This document shows positions 33,695 through 43,739 of a stretch of DNA of 48,193 bases, piece after piece. The translations under genes and the position numbers were made by a program. This DNA is from a virus, in the IMG/VR virus record IMGVR_UViG_3300048918_000310, positions 1 to 48,193 of that record. One strand, given 5' to 3'. Below the pieces are notes generated by a model. That model searched no databases, was not told the DNA's origin, and saw only the letters and a program-made list of their open reading frames with translations. The stretch's first letter is position 1. Each line of letters begins with the position of its first letter.

Positions 33695-34102
33695 ATGGAT
33701 ATAAATGTAAAAGTTACAATCGATGCCGCCCCTGCATTCATGGCACTATTGCAGGGTTTATTATCCGCCGTACCAGCACCAGGTACGCCAACGCCTGCAC
33801 CGGTTAACAAACTTAAAAAGGCAGAAAAGCCTGCCGAGAAAGTTGCCGATCAGATGTCGGCACCTGCCGCTGAAACGCCAGCTGAACAAGCGTTGGAAGA
33901 CTTTCAGAAAGAACTGGATGCCGCAGTAGTTCCTTCTGTTACCATTGAACAGATCCGCGCTGAAATTCCCGGAGCTAAAGCAAAGGTAGGCGCCGATAAG
34001 GTGAAGGCATTGCTTACCAAATATGGTACGGCCAATGTAACCAACTTGCCCCTGGTCAATTACGATGCCTTTTACAATGAACTCAAAACCCTTGCAGCAT
34101 GA
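33695..34102 (+). CDS. Hypothetical protein with a Pro/Ala/Lys-rich linker (135 aa)
   Basis: ORF coupled by ATGA to the next gene. Confidence 0.5.
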   Translation: MDINVKVTIDAAPAFMALLQGLLSAVPAPGTPTPAPVNKLKKAEKPAEKVADQMSAPAAETPAEQALEDFQKELDAAVVPSVTIEQIRAEIPGAKAKVGADKVKALLTKYGTANVTNLPLVNYDAFYNELKTLAA

Positions 34103-35265
34103 GTCACGCAGTCTTATCACCCAGTGGCGCCGAGCGGTGGCTTAACTGTACTCCATCTGTCCGGTTGGAACAGCAGTTCCCGGATAACGCTGGTGTAGCA
34201 GCTGCCGAAGGTACACTGGCGCACAGTCTCGGGGAGTTATTGCTTCGCTATGCGCTTAAACAAATAAAAAAGTTTAAGTATGAACAGCAGCTGGCTGAGA
34301 TCAAAGCCAGCGAGTTATACGATAACTCAATGATGGATCACTGCGAGAACTATCGGGATTTCGTACTTGAACGCCTATACGATGCCAAAGCGCGCACTAA
34401 AGATGCCGTGATCGCCCTGGAACAACGCATTGATCTTACAGAGTTTGTTCCTGAAGGCTATGGCACTACCGATTCCAACATCATCGCGGATCATATACTG
34501 GATGTGGTTGACCTTAAATATGGTAAAGGTGTACCGGTATCAGCTGAAAAGAATAAGCAGATGATGCTTTATGGCCTTGGTGCCCTCAACGCCTTTGATC
34601 TCATGTACGACATCCACACCGTTCGTATGACCATTTATCAGCCTCGTATTGACAATGTGAGCACCTGGGAAATATCGGTCAAGGATCTGCGGCATTGGGC
34701 TGAAACGGAGTTACGCCCTCTGGCAAAGCTGGCCTTTGATGGTGCCGGTGAATTTGTAGCTGGTAAACATTGCCGGTTCTGTAAGGCTCGTGGCGCCTGC
34801 AAAGCAAATGCTGATTACAACCTGGTGCTGGCAAAGTATGAGTTCAAGGAAGCGGATCTCTTAAAGGATGAAGAGATCAGCGAGATCCTTGACCGGGCAA
34901 AGACTTTTACAGATTGGCTGAACGGTGTAACAGATTATGCACTCGACCAGGCGGTGAACCATGGTAAAAAATGGCCAGGTTATAAAGTGGTCGAAGGTCG
35001 CAGCAACCGGAAGTACACCAGCGAAGATGCAGTAGCCACCTTGTTAATTGAGAAAGGGTACAAGGAAGAAGTGATTTACGAGAAGTCAATCCTTGGAATT
35101 GGTAAAATGGAAAAGGCCATCGGCAAGGATATGTTTGCGGCTCTACTTACTCCGCTAATTATTAAACCAGCTGGCAAACCAGCTCTTGCGCCTCTCAGCG
35201 ACAAACGGGCGGAATATCACAGTAACGAGGCAGCTGCCATCGAATTTGCCGAGGTGGACATTTAA
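34099..35265 (+). CDS. PD-(D/E)xK nuclease, DUF2800/Cas4-like
   Basis: N-terminal MSHAVLSPSGAERWLNCTPS and a C-terminal Cys cluster CRFCKARGACK. Sits in the usual DUF2800-DUF2815-PolA order. Confidence 0.75.
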   Translation: MSHAVLSPSGAERWLNCTPSVRLEQQFPDNAGVAAAEGTLAHSLGELLLRYALKQIKKFKYEQQLAEIKASELYDNSMMDHCENYRDFVLERLYDAKARTKDAVIALEQRIDLTEFVPEGYGTTDSNIIADHILDVVDLKYGKGVPVSAEKNKQMMLYGLGALNAFDLMYDIHTVRMTIYQPRIDNVSTWEISVKDLRHWAETELRPLAKLAFDGAGEFVAGKHCRFCKARGACKANADYNLVLAKYEFKEADLLKDEEISEILDRAKTFTDWLNGVTDYALDQAVNHGKKWPGYKVVEGRSNRKYTSEDAVATLLIEKGYKEEVIYEKSILGIGKMEKAIGKDMFAALLTPLIIKPAGKPALAPLSDKRAEYHSNEAAAIEFAEVDI

Positions 35266-35306
35266 CAATTATTCATTCACAACCAATTTAAAAATTCATT
35301 TAAACT

Positions 35307-35876
35307 ATGAGTACTACAACAGCTCAGGAGCAATCAACAAAAATCGTAATTGGCCCCGTACGGCTCAGTTACCTGCACGTGTGGGAACCTTCTGCAATGG
35401 AAGGCCAGACGGAAAAGAAGTATTCTGCTTCTTTAATCATTCCCAAAAAAGATAAAGCGACGGTAGCCAAAATCAATGCGGCTATGGATGCCGCAAAAGA
35501 ACAGGGTAAACACAGTAAATGGGGTGGCAAAATTCCTAAAAACCTATGGAATCCGCTTCAGGACGGCGACGATGAAAAGCGTTCAGAAGATGAAGCTTAT
35601 GCCGACAGCTGGTACATATCAGCAAAAGCCGCTACCAAACCTGGTATTGTTGACAAAAACCGTAATCCCATTCTGGCGCAGGATGAAGTATATAGCGGCT
35701 GTTATGGTTATGTGAGTGTGACCTTCTATGCGTTCAATAAGAACGGTAACTCTGGTATAGCTGCAGGTCTTAATCACATTATGAAGGTGAAAGACGGTGA
35801 GCCCTTGGGCGGCCGTAGTTCAGCTGAAAATGACTTCGCTGACATTCAACTGGAAGATGACGACGACTTAATGTAA
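35307..35876 (+). CDS. DUF2815-type ssDNA-binding-like protein
   Basis: VRLSYLHVWEP N-terminus and an acidic C-terminal tail (LEDDDDLM). Supported by gene order. Confidence 0.7.
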   Translation: MSTTTAQEQSTKIVIGPVRLSYLHVWEPSAMEGQTEKKYSASLIIPKKDKATVAKINAAMDAAKEQGKHSKWGGKIPKNLWNPLQDGDDEKRSEDEAYADSWYISAKAATKPGIVDKNRNPILAQDEVYSGCYGYVSVTFYAFNKNGNSGIAAGLNHIMKVKDGEPLGGRSSAENDFADIQLEDDDDLM

Positions 35877-35883
35877 ACCAGTA

Positions 35884-35915
35884 GGGAGTGCCTTATTGGT
35901 ACTCCCTTTCTTTTT
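35884..35915 (+). terminator. Rho-independent terminator
   Basis: gggagtgcc-ttatt-ggtactccc (one mismatch), followed by tttcttttt. Confidence 0.7.
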
Positions 35916-35935
35916 CAACCCTCAAATCGTTTAAA

Positions 35936-36301
35936 ATGTCTTTGACCTTTAAACAACTCCGTAACGCTAACATATCCCGCTTGCCGACATTTAAGAACAA
36001 GCATGGGGAACCGGCGCACAGTGAACCAGATGGTTCAGATTGGTCCCCTGCTCAATGGTTGCAGGCGCTTGCAGGAGAGGTTGGTGAATATGCCAATATT
36101 CGGAAAAAATATGAACGTGGTGATATTGATGAATTAACCTTTCACAAAGAAGCCAGGAAAGAACTTGCAGACATTCAAATCTATCTCGATTTACTGGCTT
36201 TCCGTTTAGGCATTGACTTGGGAGATGCCACCATCCAAAAGTTCAATGAAGTCAGCAAAAGAATTAACAGCCCTGTTAAATTAAACCCCATCAGACTGTA
36301 A
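35936..36301 (+). CDS. MazG-like nucleotide pyrophosphohydrolase (start at MSLTFKQ)
   Basis: LAGEVGEYANIRKK and ELADIQIYLDLLA resemble the MazG EXXE and EXXD helices. Confidence 0.65.
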   Translation: MSLTFKQLRNANISRLPTFKNKHGEPAHSEPDGSDWSPAQWLQALAGEVGEYANIRKKYERGDIDELTFHKEARKELADIQIYLDLLAFRLGIDLGDATIQKFNEVSKRINSPVKLNPIRL

Positions 36302-36303
36302 CC

Positions 36304-38250
36304 ATGCACACCCTCGCCATCGATATAGAAACCTACAGCTCGGTTGACATCGGCAAATGCGGTATGTATAAATACCTGGAAAGCCCTGATTTTGAAATTA
36401 TGCTTTTCGCTTATTCATTTAACAATGAACCCGTGCAGGTGGTTGACCTCACTGACCTGGAAGAATTACCGGTAAAGATCAAAGATGCCCTGAACAATGA
36501 CGATGTTTTGAAAACTGCCTGGAATGCCCAGTTTGAACGCCGATGTATTGAGAAGTTTTTTAAAATCCATTTGCCAATACAACAATGGGAATGTACGATG
36601 GTAAAAGCTTCTATGTTGGGGCTTCCGCTTTCCCTCGATGCTGCCAGCAAAGCCCTGCAGTTGGAAAATGGTAAGATGGCTGACGGTAAAGCATTGATCC
36701 GTTATTTCTGCATCCCTTGTAAGCCCACTAAAGCAAACGAACAGAGAACCCGGAACTATCCATTGCATGCGCCCGACAAGTGGCAACGCTTCAAGGAATA
36801 CTGTGCGCATGACGTGGTAACAGAACGCACCATTGGAAGTAAAATAGCTTTCTTCCAGGTACCTAAAATGGAAAAACAGCTATATACACTCGATCAACAA
36901 ATCAACGATCGCGGTATTATGATCGACCCGCAGCTGGTTAAGAACGCGATCCGCATTGACATCGAGCACCGCGACCGGTTAACCAAGGAAGCGATCAACC
37001 TGACAGGCCTGGACAACCCTAATAGCGTTGCCCAGCTGAAAACGTGGATAAGCCAGGAAATGGAGGAAGAAGTTGAAAGTCTGAATAAAAAGGATATTCC
37101 CGCGATCCTTGCAAAAACAGATAATACCATCGTTCAGAAAGTATTAGAGCTGCGGCAGGAAATGTCAAAGACGTCTGTTAAGAAGTATGTGGCCATGTAT
37201 AACGCTGCAGGAAAGGATGACCGTGTGCGTGGGCTCCTGCAGATGTATGGCGCCAATCGTACCGGCAGATGGGCCGGCCGCCTGGTGCAGGTTCAGAACC
37301 TGCCCCGTAATGAAATGAAGGATCTGGAACTTGCCCGGACCATCGTACGCAGTGGTGACCTGGAATGTCTGGAACTGATGTATAACAGTGTTTCGGATGT
37401 GCTGAAACAGCTTATTCGTACTGCTTTTATCGCGCCGGAAGGTCGCCGGTTAATTGCTGCAGACTTCTCAGCCATCGAGGCCCGGGTAATCGCATGGTTA
37501 GCCGGTGAGAAATGGCGCCTGGATGTATTCAATACCCACGGTAAAATTTATGAGGCTTCAGCCGCCCAGATGTTTAAGGTGTCCATTGATCTTATCACAA
37601 AAGGATCTGACCTGCGTCAGCGGGGGAAGGTGTCTGAACTGGCACTGGGTTACCAGGGCGCAGTAAACGCCCTGCTTAAAATGGGCGCCCTTGAAATGGG
37701 ATTGAAGGAAAATGAGCTGCCGGCACTTGTTGCCATGTGGCGCCAGGCCAACCCCATGATTGTTAAATTTTGGAATACCTGTCAGCAGGCAGCACATGAG
37801 GCAGTCGAATATCGCACAACAGTAAGTATCCAGCACGGCATAAAATTCTTCATGGAAAAGGGTATTCTATTTATTCAGTTGCCATCCGGTCGTAGACTTT
37901 CTTACCTCCGACCAAAATTCAAACAAGGTAAATACGGCCCTATACTCACTTACGAGGGCATGGACCAAACCACAAAGAAGTGGGGTGAACAGGAAACCTA
38001 CGGCGGCAAACTGGTCGAAAATATCGTACAGGCCACTGCCAGGGACGTGCTGGCTGATTCTATGTTACGTCTGGAAAACAAGTCATACCTGATCGTTATG
38101 CATGTACATGATGAGGTTGTAATGGATATGGCCAGGTCAAAAGGAAGTGTTGAACAGGTAAATGAGATCATGGGTGAGTCAATACCCTGGGCAAAAGGTC
38201 TGCCTTTAAAAGCTGAGTCATACGAAACAATGTTCTATAAAAAGGATTAG
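36304..38250 (+). CDS. Family A DNA polymerase with a 3'-5' exonuclease domain
   Basis: Exo I motif AIDIETYS, Pol motifs RQRGKVSELALGYQGA and HVHDEVVMD. 648 aa. Confidence 0.9.
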   Translation: MHTLAIDIETYSSVDIGKCGMYKYLESPDFEIMLFAYSFNNEPVQVVDLTDLEELPVKIKDALNNDDVLKTAWNAQFERRCIEKFFKIHLPIQQWECTMVKASMLGLPLSLDAASKALQLENGKMADGKALIRYFCIPCKPTKANEQRTRNYPLHAPDKWQRFKEYCAHDVVTERTIGSKIAFFQVPKMEKQLYTLDQQINDRGIMIDPQLVKNAIRIDIEHRDRLTKEAINLTGLDNPNSVAQLKTWISQEMEEEVESLNKKDIPAILAKTDNTIVQKVLELRQEMSKTSVKKYVAMYNAAGKDDRVRGLLQMYGANRTGRWAGRLVQVQNLPRNEMKDLELARTIVRSGDLECLELMYNSVSDVLKQLIRTAFIAPEGRRLIAADFSAIEARVIAWLAGEKWRLDVFNTHGKIYEASAAQMFKVSIDLITKGSDLRQRGKVSELALGYQGAVNALLKMGALEMGLKENELPALVAMWRQANPMIVKFWNTCQQAAHEAVEYRTTVSIQHGIKFFMEKGILFIQLPSGRRLSYLRPKFKQGKYGPILTYEGMDQTTKKWGEQETYGGKLVENIVQATARDVLADSMLRLENKSYLIVMHVHDEVVMDMARSKGSVEQVNEIMGESIPWAKGLPLKAESYETMFYKKD

Positions 38251-38253
38251 GCA

Positions 38254-38994
38254 ATGAATAATAGACGCTACAGAACTGACGAGAATGGAAATTTAACCAT
38301 GTGCACACCGGCACAGGACGTAATTATAAAACGTGACTTTTTGCTGGTCCCTGTTAAAAGGCTTGCAGAAAGTCTGAAAATGAGTCACACCCGTTTAAAA
38401 AAGCGTATGGCTCAGTTAGGCCTGGTCATACCTGCCGAGTTAGCAGCAAAGCGCAAATTTGAAAACCAAATGAAAGCGGGTGTAACTCCATGGAATAAGG
38501 GAAAGAAACTACCTGCGCATGTGTACAATGCGATTAAGAAGTCAATGTTCAAAAAAGGCCATCTGCCTCATAATGCAGTTGGTTTTAAGGATGGTGATCT
38601 GAGCTTCAGAAAGGATACCAAAACAGGGATATTGTATGTATACATCAGGTTGACCCTGGGTAAGTGGTACCCATTACACCAATATGCCTGGGAGTGCACA
38701 CACGGTAAAGTCTCAAAAGGTTATTGCATCAGTTTTAAGGACGGCGATTCCATGAACTGTACTGTTGAGAATTTGGAATTAATTACCAGGGGCAACAATA
38801 TGAAACGTAATTCCTGTTCTGTTCGCTTAACTGACAGTTATGTGGCCCAAACCCTTGCACGCAAAAAAGGTGGTGTCGGATTGGTCGATTTCCAGCTAAA
38901 GGAAACCATCATGCAAAACAAACCTCTTATCGAGTTGAAACGCAAATCGCTAATTCTAAAAAGAACCATCGATGAACGCCAAAAAGCTAAATAA
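38254..38994 (+). CDS. HNH homing-type endonuclease
   Basis: HQYAWECTHGKVSKGYCISFKDGDSMNCTVENLELITRGNNMKRN resembles the HNH_3 pattern. Confidence 0.7.
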   Translation: MNNRRYRTDENGNLTMCTPAQDVIIKRDFLLVPVKRLAESLKMSHTRLKKRMAQLGLVIPAELAAKRKFENQMKAGVTPWNKGKKLPAHVYNAIKKSMFKKGHLPHNAVGFKDGDLSFRKDTKTGILYVYIRLTLGKWYPLHQYAWECTHGKVSKGYCISFKDGDSMNCTVENLELITRGNNMKRNSCSVRLTDSYVAQTLARKKGGVGLVDFQLKETIMQNKPLIELKRKSLILKRTIDERQKAK

Positions 38995-39391
38995 CCTCCT
39001 TCAAAATATGAAGGGTAAGCCATATCAGTATGGCAATCAATTGCATATTATACAGGGGTTTGCCTTAGACGATGATAAGTTCACTATAACAACGAACCAG
39101 AGTATTTACTCCCGCAAACTGGAAGCCGCTGAAACCTTTTTGAAATACTGGCAACCGGTTACCGGTACCGAATTGAGTCCGGTTAATGAAGATCAACAGT
39201 TAGCCATATTTGTTGAGAAAGAACAATCGAAAGCCGATAAGCTTATCGAAATTCTGGAAGATAACATCACAAAGGTTCAGAACGACGCCGGTTATATCGC
39301 CCAAGCCCAGGCCATAAACAATAACATTAACAGCATCATTAACATTCAGAAGATGAAAATGGATGTAATGAAGCAAATGTGGCAAAAATGA
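38972..39391 (+). CDS. Hypothetical protein (139 aa)
   Basis: Co-oriented ORF. Confidence 0.45.
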   Translation: MNAKKLNNLLQNMKGKPYQYGNQLHIIQGFALDDDKFTITTNQSIYSRKLEAAETFLKYWQPVTGTELSPVNEDQQLAIFVEKEQSKADKLIEILEDNITKVQNDAGYIAQAQAINNNINSIINIQKMKMDVMKQMWQK

Positions 39392-39819
39392 AACCCCTGA
39401 CCTATAAAAAGAACCCAAAGCCCGGCCAGTGTATCGCCGCCCGCTGCACCAACAGGACGAAGGGAAGGCGAATGTGTAACACCTGCAGGTCGCGTAAATG
39501 CCGCCAGGCGGACCCGGTAAGGTATGCGTTCAACAACCTGGTTCACCATGCAAAGGAACGTGGTATTATCTGCACCATCACGCTGGATCAGTTCAGGGTA
39601 TGGTGCCGGAAAGTGAAGTACATCGGTTTTACCGGCCGGTCTGCTGACAGCTACACCATTGACCGCCGGCATTGTGATGTTGGTTACCACATTGATAATA
39701 TTCAGGTAATGACCAACATCAATAACGTGAAGAAGTTTTTTACCTATGACTGGCGTACAAAAACCGTCGTCAGCTGGGCCACAAACACTCAAGAAGTAAC
39801 CGAAGATTTACCATTTTAA
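39379..39819 (+). CDS. Zn-finger / HNH-like nuclease candidate
   Basis: CIAARCTNRTKGRRMCNTCRSRKC Cys cluster and YTIDRRHCDVGYHIDNIQVMTNINNVKK, which is HNH-like. Confidence 0.45.
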   Translation: MAKMKPLTYKKNPKPGQCIAARCTNRTKGRRMCNTCRSRKCRQADPVRYAFNNLVHHAKERGIICTITLDQFRVWCRKVKYIGFTGRSADSYTIDRRHCDVGYHIDNIQVMTNINNVKKFFTYDWRTKTVVSWATNTQEVTEDLPF

Positions 39820-39823
39820 AGCT

Positions 39824-40540
39824 ATGCGCAAAAACTTGCATGATAGGCCGCTGGCGGCAAAAGGGCTAATCTCATATAGGGCTAAAGGTAGATATGGATA
39901 TATTATGATCGGAGCTAAAGATGATAGTGATGCGTGGAACGAAGCAAAGCGATCAACGGATAGCCCAACCGAATTAGAAGTATGGAACGGGGAAAGATAC
40001 ATCTCGGTTGAACATAATTACATGGGAGCGTTCGATGTGAATAAAAATAAAAAAAAGGAAACTATGCCAAGAAAGAAAATAACGCCTATAGTAAAAATGG
40101 AAGATCCAAAGCAGTTGGGGAAAATTGGAGTCATTCAAGAAATACTGAAACTGGTTGAAGCTCATAACGGCGTTGTCAATGCCATTCTTAACGATTACCT
40201 GGTTACCGATGGTGCTGAACTCGAGATCGGGGCCGCAGGGAACAATCTCTGGAAGGATATTGAACAATTATTGTTTACGGATAATCCGGAAGAAGATTTT
40301 GACACTTTATTTAAGAAGCTCAAAGATATCGAAGACGATCTGGGCATTAATCATTTAAAAAAACTATCAACACTTTTTACAAATTCGGAAGAAAGGGAAT
40401 TCATGGAAGAGTTGGCTTCGGAAAAAAAATTTGCACTTATTAAAGTGGACAACATTGAACAACAGGAAAAGCTACGTGCTTTTGCTGAAACAGAAATCTG
40501 GCCGCATTTTAATCAACAACGTGTAAACATACTTATATGA
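39824..40540 (+). CDS. Hypothetical protein (238 aa; could be two genes)
   Basis: AT-rich ORF with an internal ATG at MPRKKITP. Confidence 0.4.
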   Translation: MRKNLHDRPLAAKGLISYRAKGRYGYIMIGAKDDSDAWNEAKRSTDSPTELEVWNGERYISVEHNYMGAFDVNKNKKKETMPRKKITPIVKMEDPKQLGKIGVIQEILKLVEAHNGVVNAILNDYLVTDGAELEIGAAGNNLWKDIEQLLFTDNPEEDFDTLFKKLKDIEDDLGINHLKKLSTLFTNSEEREFMEELASEKKFALIKVDNIEQQEKLRAFAETEIWPHFNQQRVNILI

Positions 40541-40707
40541 GAGATGCACTACATGAAATTAGGGGCTTTGTTCGGGAGTTTTGGTATGTTCTACTACTTT
40601 ATTTGATAGCATGTGTTGCGTTTGCATTTATTGCACCTTCCTTATTTAGAAAGATAGACCAGGGATTACAAAAAGTAGAAACGGTAAAATGCCCATGTAA
40701 AAACTGA
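40537..40707 (+). CDS. Small membrane protein (56 aa), below the ORF-track cutoff
   Basis: ATGA overlap with the previous stop. Hand translation: MRDALHEIRGFVREFWYVLLLYLIACVAFAFIAPSLFRKIDQGLQKVETVKCPCKN. Confidence 0.35.
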   Translation: MRDALHEIRGFVREFWYVLLLYLIACVAFAFIAPSLFRKIDQGLQKVETVKCPCKN

Positions 40708-40749
40708 TTCCGAAACCCAATTACCTCAATTCCTTGATAGACCTGACTA

Positions 40750-43224
40750 ATGTTAAAAATCCAACATAACGGAAGCGTTGAAATTGCTACAGGCCGTAGC
40801 CGCAGAGAACTCAATTGGAAAAACAAAGAACTGCAATGGTCCGACTTGTTGACCAAACTGTCAACCACTCACCGTACCCCTGAAACATATAATGAGTACA
40901 TCACATCAAAGAAGCCGCGCCAGGATGAAATTAAAGACATTGGTGGCTTTGTAGGTGGTTACCTGACCGGTGGGCGCCGCAAGGCAGGAAGCGTTATGCA
41001 TCGCCAGCTGATAACCCTGGACATCGATGCCGGTGAACCCGGTCTTTGGGATGACTTCACTTTAATGTACGACTGCGCCGCAGTCATTTACTCAACACAC
41101 AAACACTCTGTTGATGCACCCCGCATCCGGCTTATAATACCGCTGGATAGAGTGGTTATGCCGGATGAATATGTAGCTATAGGCAGACGCATTGCCGGTG
41201 AGATGGGCATTGAGATGTTTGACAATACCGGTTTCCAGCCAGAACGCCTGATGTACTGGCCATCGACCAGTAAAGACGGTGTTTATGAATTCCAGTATCA
41301 GGACGGTCCCTGGCTTTCTGCTGATAAAGTACTGGCCAGTTACCGGGATTGGAAGGACAGCAGCGAATGGCCGGTAAGTGAACGCGTACACGGACAGGTG
41401 CAACGAGCAATTAAGAAGCAGGGCGACCCATTGGAAAAGCCCGGTATCGTTGGCGCCTTCTGCCGTACGTATAACATCCATGAAGCCATTGAAGCCTACC
41501 TCGGCGATGTGTATGAAGAATGTGACGTTGATGGCCGGTACAGTTATAAGGAGGGCAGCACTGCAGCGGGCCTCATTACCTACGATGATAAGTTTGCATT
41601 TAGCCATCATGGCACGGATCCGGTAAGCGGGAAGTTGTGCAATGCCTTTGACCTGGTGCGCCTGCACCTGTTCGGATTAAAGGATGAAGACGCCCGGGAA
41701 GATACCCCAATCAATAAAATGCCTTCTTACCTGGCGATGGAAGAACACGCCATGAAAGACAGGCGGGTAAGAAAGCAAAGAGGCGAAGAAAAGTTGCAGG
41801 ATGCCAAAGTTGATTTCGCAGACGTGGATGTTGCGGATCAGGACCAGCCAGTGGAAGCGGATTTATCCTGGATGGAAGATCTTGAAATGGACCGCAAGGG
41901 CAATTACTATAACACCATCGATAACCTGGTCCTGATATTGGAGAACGACCCGCATTTAAAAGGCAATCTCGTTTATGACCAGTTGGAACAACGCCCCATT
42001 GCCCGGAGAAATTTGCCATGGCGTAAAGTGACAAATGACACCCGGTATCTCGCGGACCGCGATGACGATAACCTGGAACACTACCTGGAAAAGGTATATA
42101 AGATTGGCGGCACGAAACTGGAAGTTGCAATGAACGTAATATTTGAAAAACACCAGTTTCACCCCATTCGGGATTTTCTTAACAAACAACGTTGGGATTG
42201 GCAGCCCCGTTTAGATACATTACTGATCGACTACCTGGGCGCTGAAGATTCAGATTATACCCGCGCGGTTACCCGTAAATCCTTGGTTGCAGCTGTTGCC
42301 AGGGTGTTTAATCCGGGTGTAAAGTTTGACCATGTCCTAACTGTAATTGGTCAACAGGGGAAAGGTAAAAGTACACTGCTGCGAAAATTAGGTGGTGGTT
42401 GGTTTTCTGACAACTTCCATTTGTCCATGCTGCAGGGAAAAGAAGCCGTTGAACAGATAAGGGGCGTATGGCTAGTTGAAATTGGAGAAATGGCAGGAAT
42501 GGCCAAGGCAGATATAGAACGTATTAAAGGGTTTATAGCAACGCAGGTTGACAGGTTCCGGCAAGCTTATGGCAGAAGGGTAGAGAATTATCCCCGGCAA
42601 TGTATCTTCTTTGGAACTACCAACAAAAGTGATTTTTTAAGGGACCAGACTGGTAACCGTAGGTTTTGGCCGGTCGAAATAGGAGTAAGCGAAGCGGCGG
42701 GCGATGTTTTTAACGATCTCACTGAATCGGAAGTGAACCAGATATGGGCTGAAGCCTTGTATTATTACCACAAAGGTGAAGAATTATTTCTGCCTGAAAG
42801 ATTGCAACCTGCAGCCGAAGAAGTTCAAAAAGACCACACAGAAGAACATCCATGGACTGGCCTGATCCAGCAATTCATTGATACGAGGTTGCCGGACAAC
42901 TGGGCTAAAATGAACCGGTATGAAAGGATTGCTTATATCCATCATCCGGATGAGCTACAGCCTACTGGTACCGAGACACGAACCAAGGTTTGTGCACTGG
43001 AAGTTTGGTATGAAGGTTTAAATATGAAATTGACAATTGATGATAAAAGTGCTTCTATCATTAAAACTATCATGCGTAGCATGGCTGGTTGGAAAGAGGA
43101 AAAAAAGCCTGTTCGTTTTGGGCAATATGGGCTTCAAAGAAACGGTTTTGTACGCGTTACAACTACCGTTACAACCCCCGAAAAATCCGCTTTGCAAATG
43201 ACGCAAAATGTAACGGGGTTGTAA
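40750..43224 (+). CDS. Primase/helicase of the VirE (virulence-associated protein E) type
   Basis: Walker A GQQGKGKSTLLRKLG and an N-terminal primase-like region (ITLDIDAG...IRLIIPLD). 824 aa. Confidence 0.8.
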   Translation: MLKIQHNGSVEIATGRSRRELNWKNKELQWSDLLTKLSTTHRTPETYNEYITSKKPRQDEIKDIGGFVGGYLTGGRRKAGSVMHRQLITLDIDAGEPGLWDDFTLMYDCAAVIYSTHKHSVDAPRIRLIIPLDRVVMPDEYVAIGRRIAGEMGIEMFDNTGFQPERLMYWPSTSKDGVYEFQYQDGPWLSADKVLASYRDWKDSSEWPVSERVHGQVQRAIKKQGDPLEKPGIVGAFCRTYNIHEAIEAYLGDVYEECDVDGRYSYKEGSTAAGLITYDDKFAFSHHGTDPVSGKLCNAFDLVRLHLFGLKDEDAREDTPINKMPSYLAMEEHAMKDRRVRKQRGEEKLQDAKVDFADVDVADQDQPVEADLSWMEDLEMDRKGNYYNTIDNLVLILENDPHLKGNLVYDQLEQRPIARRNLPWRKVTNDTRYLADRDDDNLEHYLEKVYKIGGTKLEVAMNVIFEKHQFHPIRDFLNKQRWDWQPRLDTLLIDYLGAEDSDYTRAVTRKSLVAAVARVFNPGVKFDHVLTVIGQQGKGKSTLLRKLGGGWFSDNFHLSMLQGKEAVEQIRGVWLVEIGEMAGMAKADIERIKGFIATQVDRFRQAYGRRVENYPRQCIFFGTTNKSDFLRDQTGNRRFWPVEIGVSEAAGDVFNDLTESEVNQIWAEALYYYHKGEELFLPERLQPAAEEVQKDHTEEHPWTGLIQQFIDTRLPDNWAKMNRYERIAYIHHPDELQPTGTETRTKVCALEVWYEGLNMKLTIDDKSASIIKTIMRSMAGWKEEKKPVRFGQYGLQRNGFVRVTTTVTTPEKSALQMTQNVTGL

Positions 43225-43309
43225 CAAGTTTGTAACGGCAATTGTAACACATAATTAATTACTATATACTGTTTTATACTAATTATTATTAAATGTTACA
43301 ATAGTTACA
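43209..43309. promoter_or_regulatory. Iteron-like array with an AT-rich spacer: four direct TGTAAC and two inverted GTTACA
   Basis: Direct TGTAAC at 43209, 43220, 43231 and 43243 (spacing 11, 11, 12). Inverted GTTACA at 43295 and 43304. Confidence 0.5.
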
Positions 43310-43430
43310 TAGTAAAGAAGATAAAAGGAGAATAAACAAAAACAGGCAGTATATAGATATAATACACGCCTAATCGCATACACTACATACGCGCGTACGC
43401 GCGTAACGTAACCGGAAAAATCTAAAACGA

Positions 43431-43739
43431 ATGAAAGAGAAAACAATTGAAGAACGATTTCGCGACAAGATCAAAGAAATGAAAGGGCTAGCCCTAAAAT
43501 TCTTTTGTGTATCATTTACTGGTGTGCCAGATAGATTGGTTTTGATGCCTGGAGGACGAATTTGGTTCGTGGAGTTAAAAGCCCCCGGTAAAAAAACTAA
43601 GTTTCAAAAGGGCCTAACCACTATACCTGAAACAAGACAGGATCTTGTCATCAAACAGCTGAGAGGTTTGGGGTTAAATGTTTTCATAATTGATTCACAC
43701 CAGGAGGTTGATGAATTTTTAAACCTAATAGCAAAATGA
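43431..43739 (+). CDS. VRR-NUC domain nuclease
   Basis: GVPDRLVLMPGGRIWFVELKAPGKK matches the D...ELK motif. Confidence 0.75.
   Translation: MKEKTIEERFRDKIKEMKGLALKFFCVSFTGVPDRLVLMPGGRIWFVELKAPGKKTKFQKGLTTIPETRQDLVIKQLRGLGLNVFIIDSHQEVDEFLNLIAK

Noticed and set aside
30547-34102. Avd (accessory variability determinant) candidates near the DGR (30547-30765 and 33695-34102)
   Set aside because: The first is too short at 72 aa. The second is dominated by a Pro/Ala/Lys linker. Neither resembles the ~110-130 aa four-helix-bundle Avd by eye. Avd is left as not found rather than assigned.
41092-41667. 191-aa minus-strand ORF, plus other long antisense ORFs (for example 3190-4039 and 13668-13971)
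   Set aside because: They lie inside strongly supported plus-strand genes (primase, scaffold, tape measure) and have no motifs. These are typical antisense open frames.
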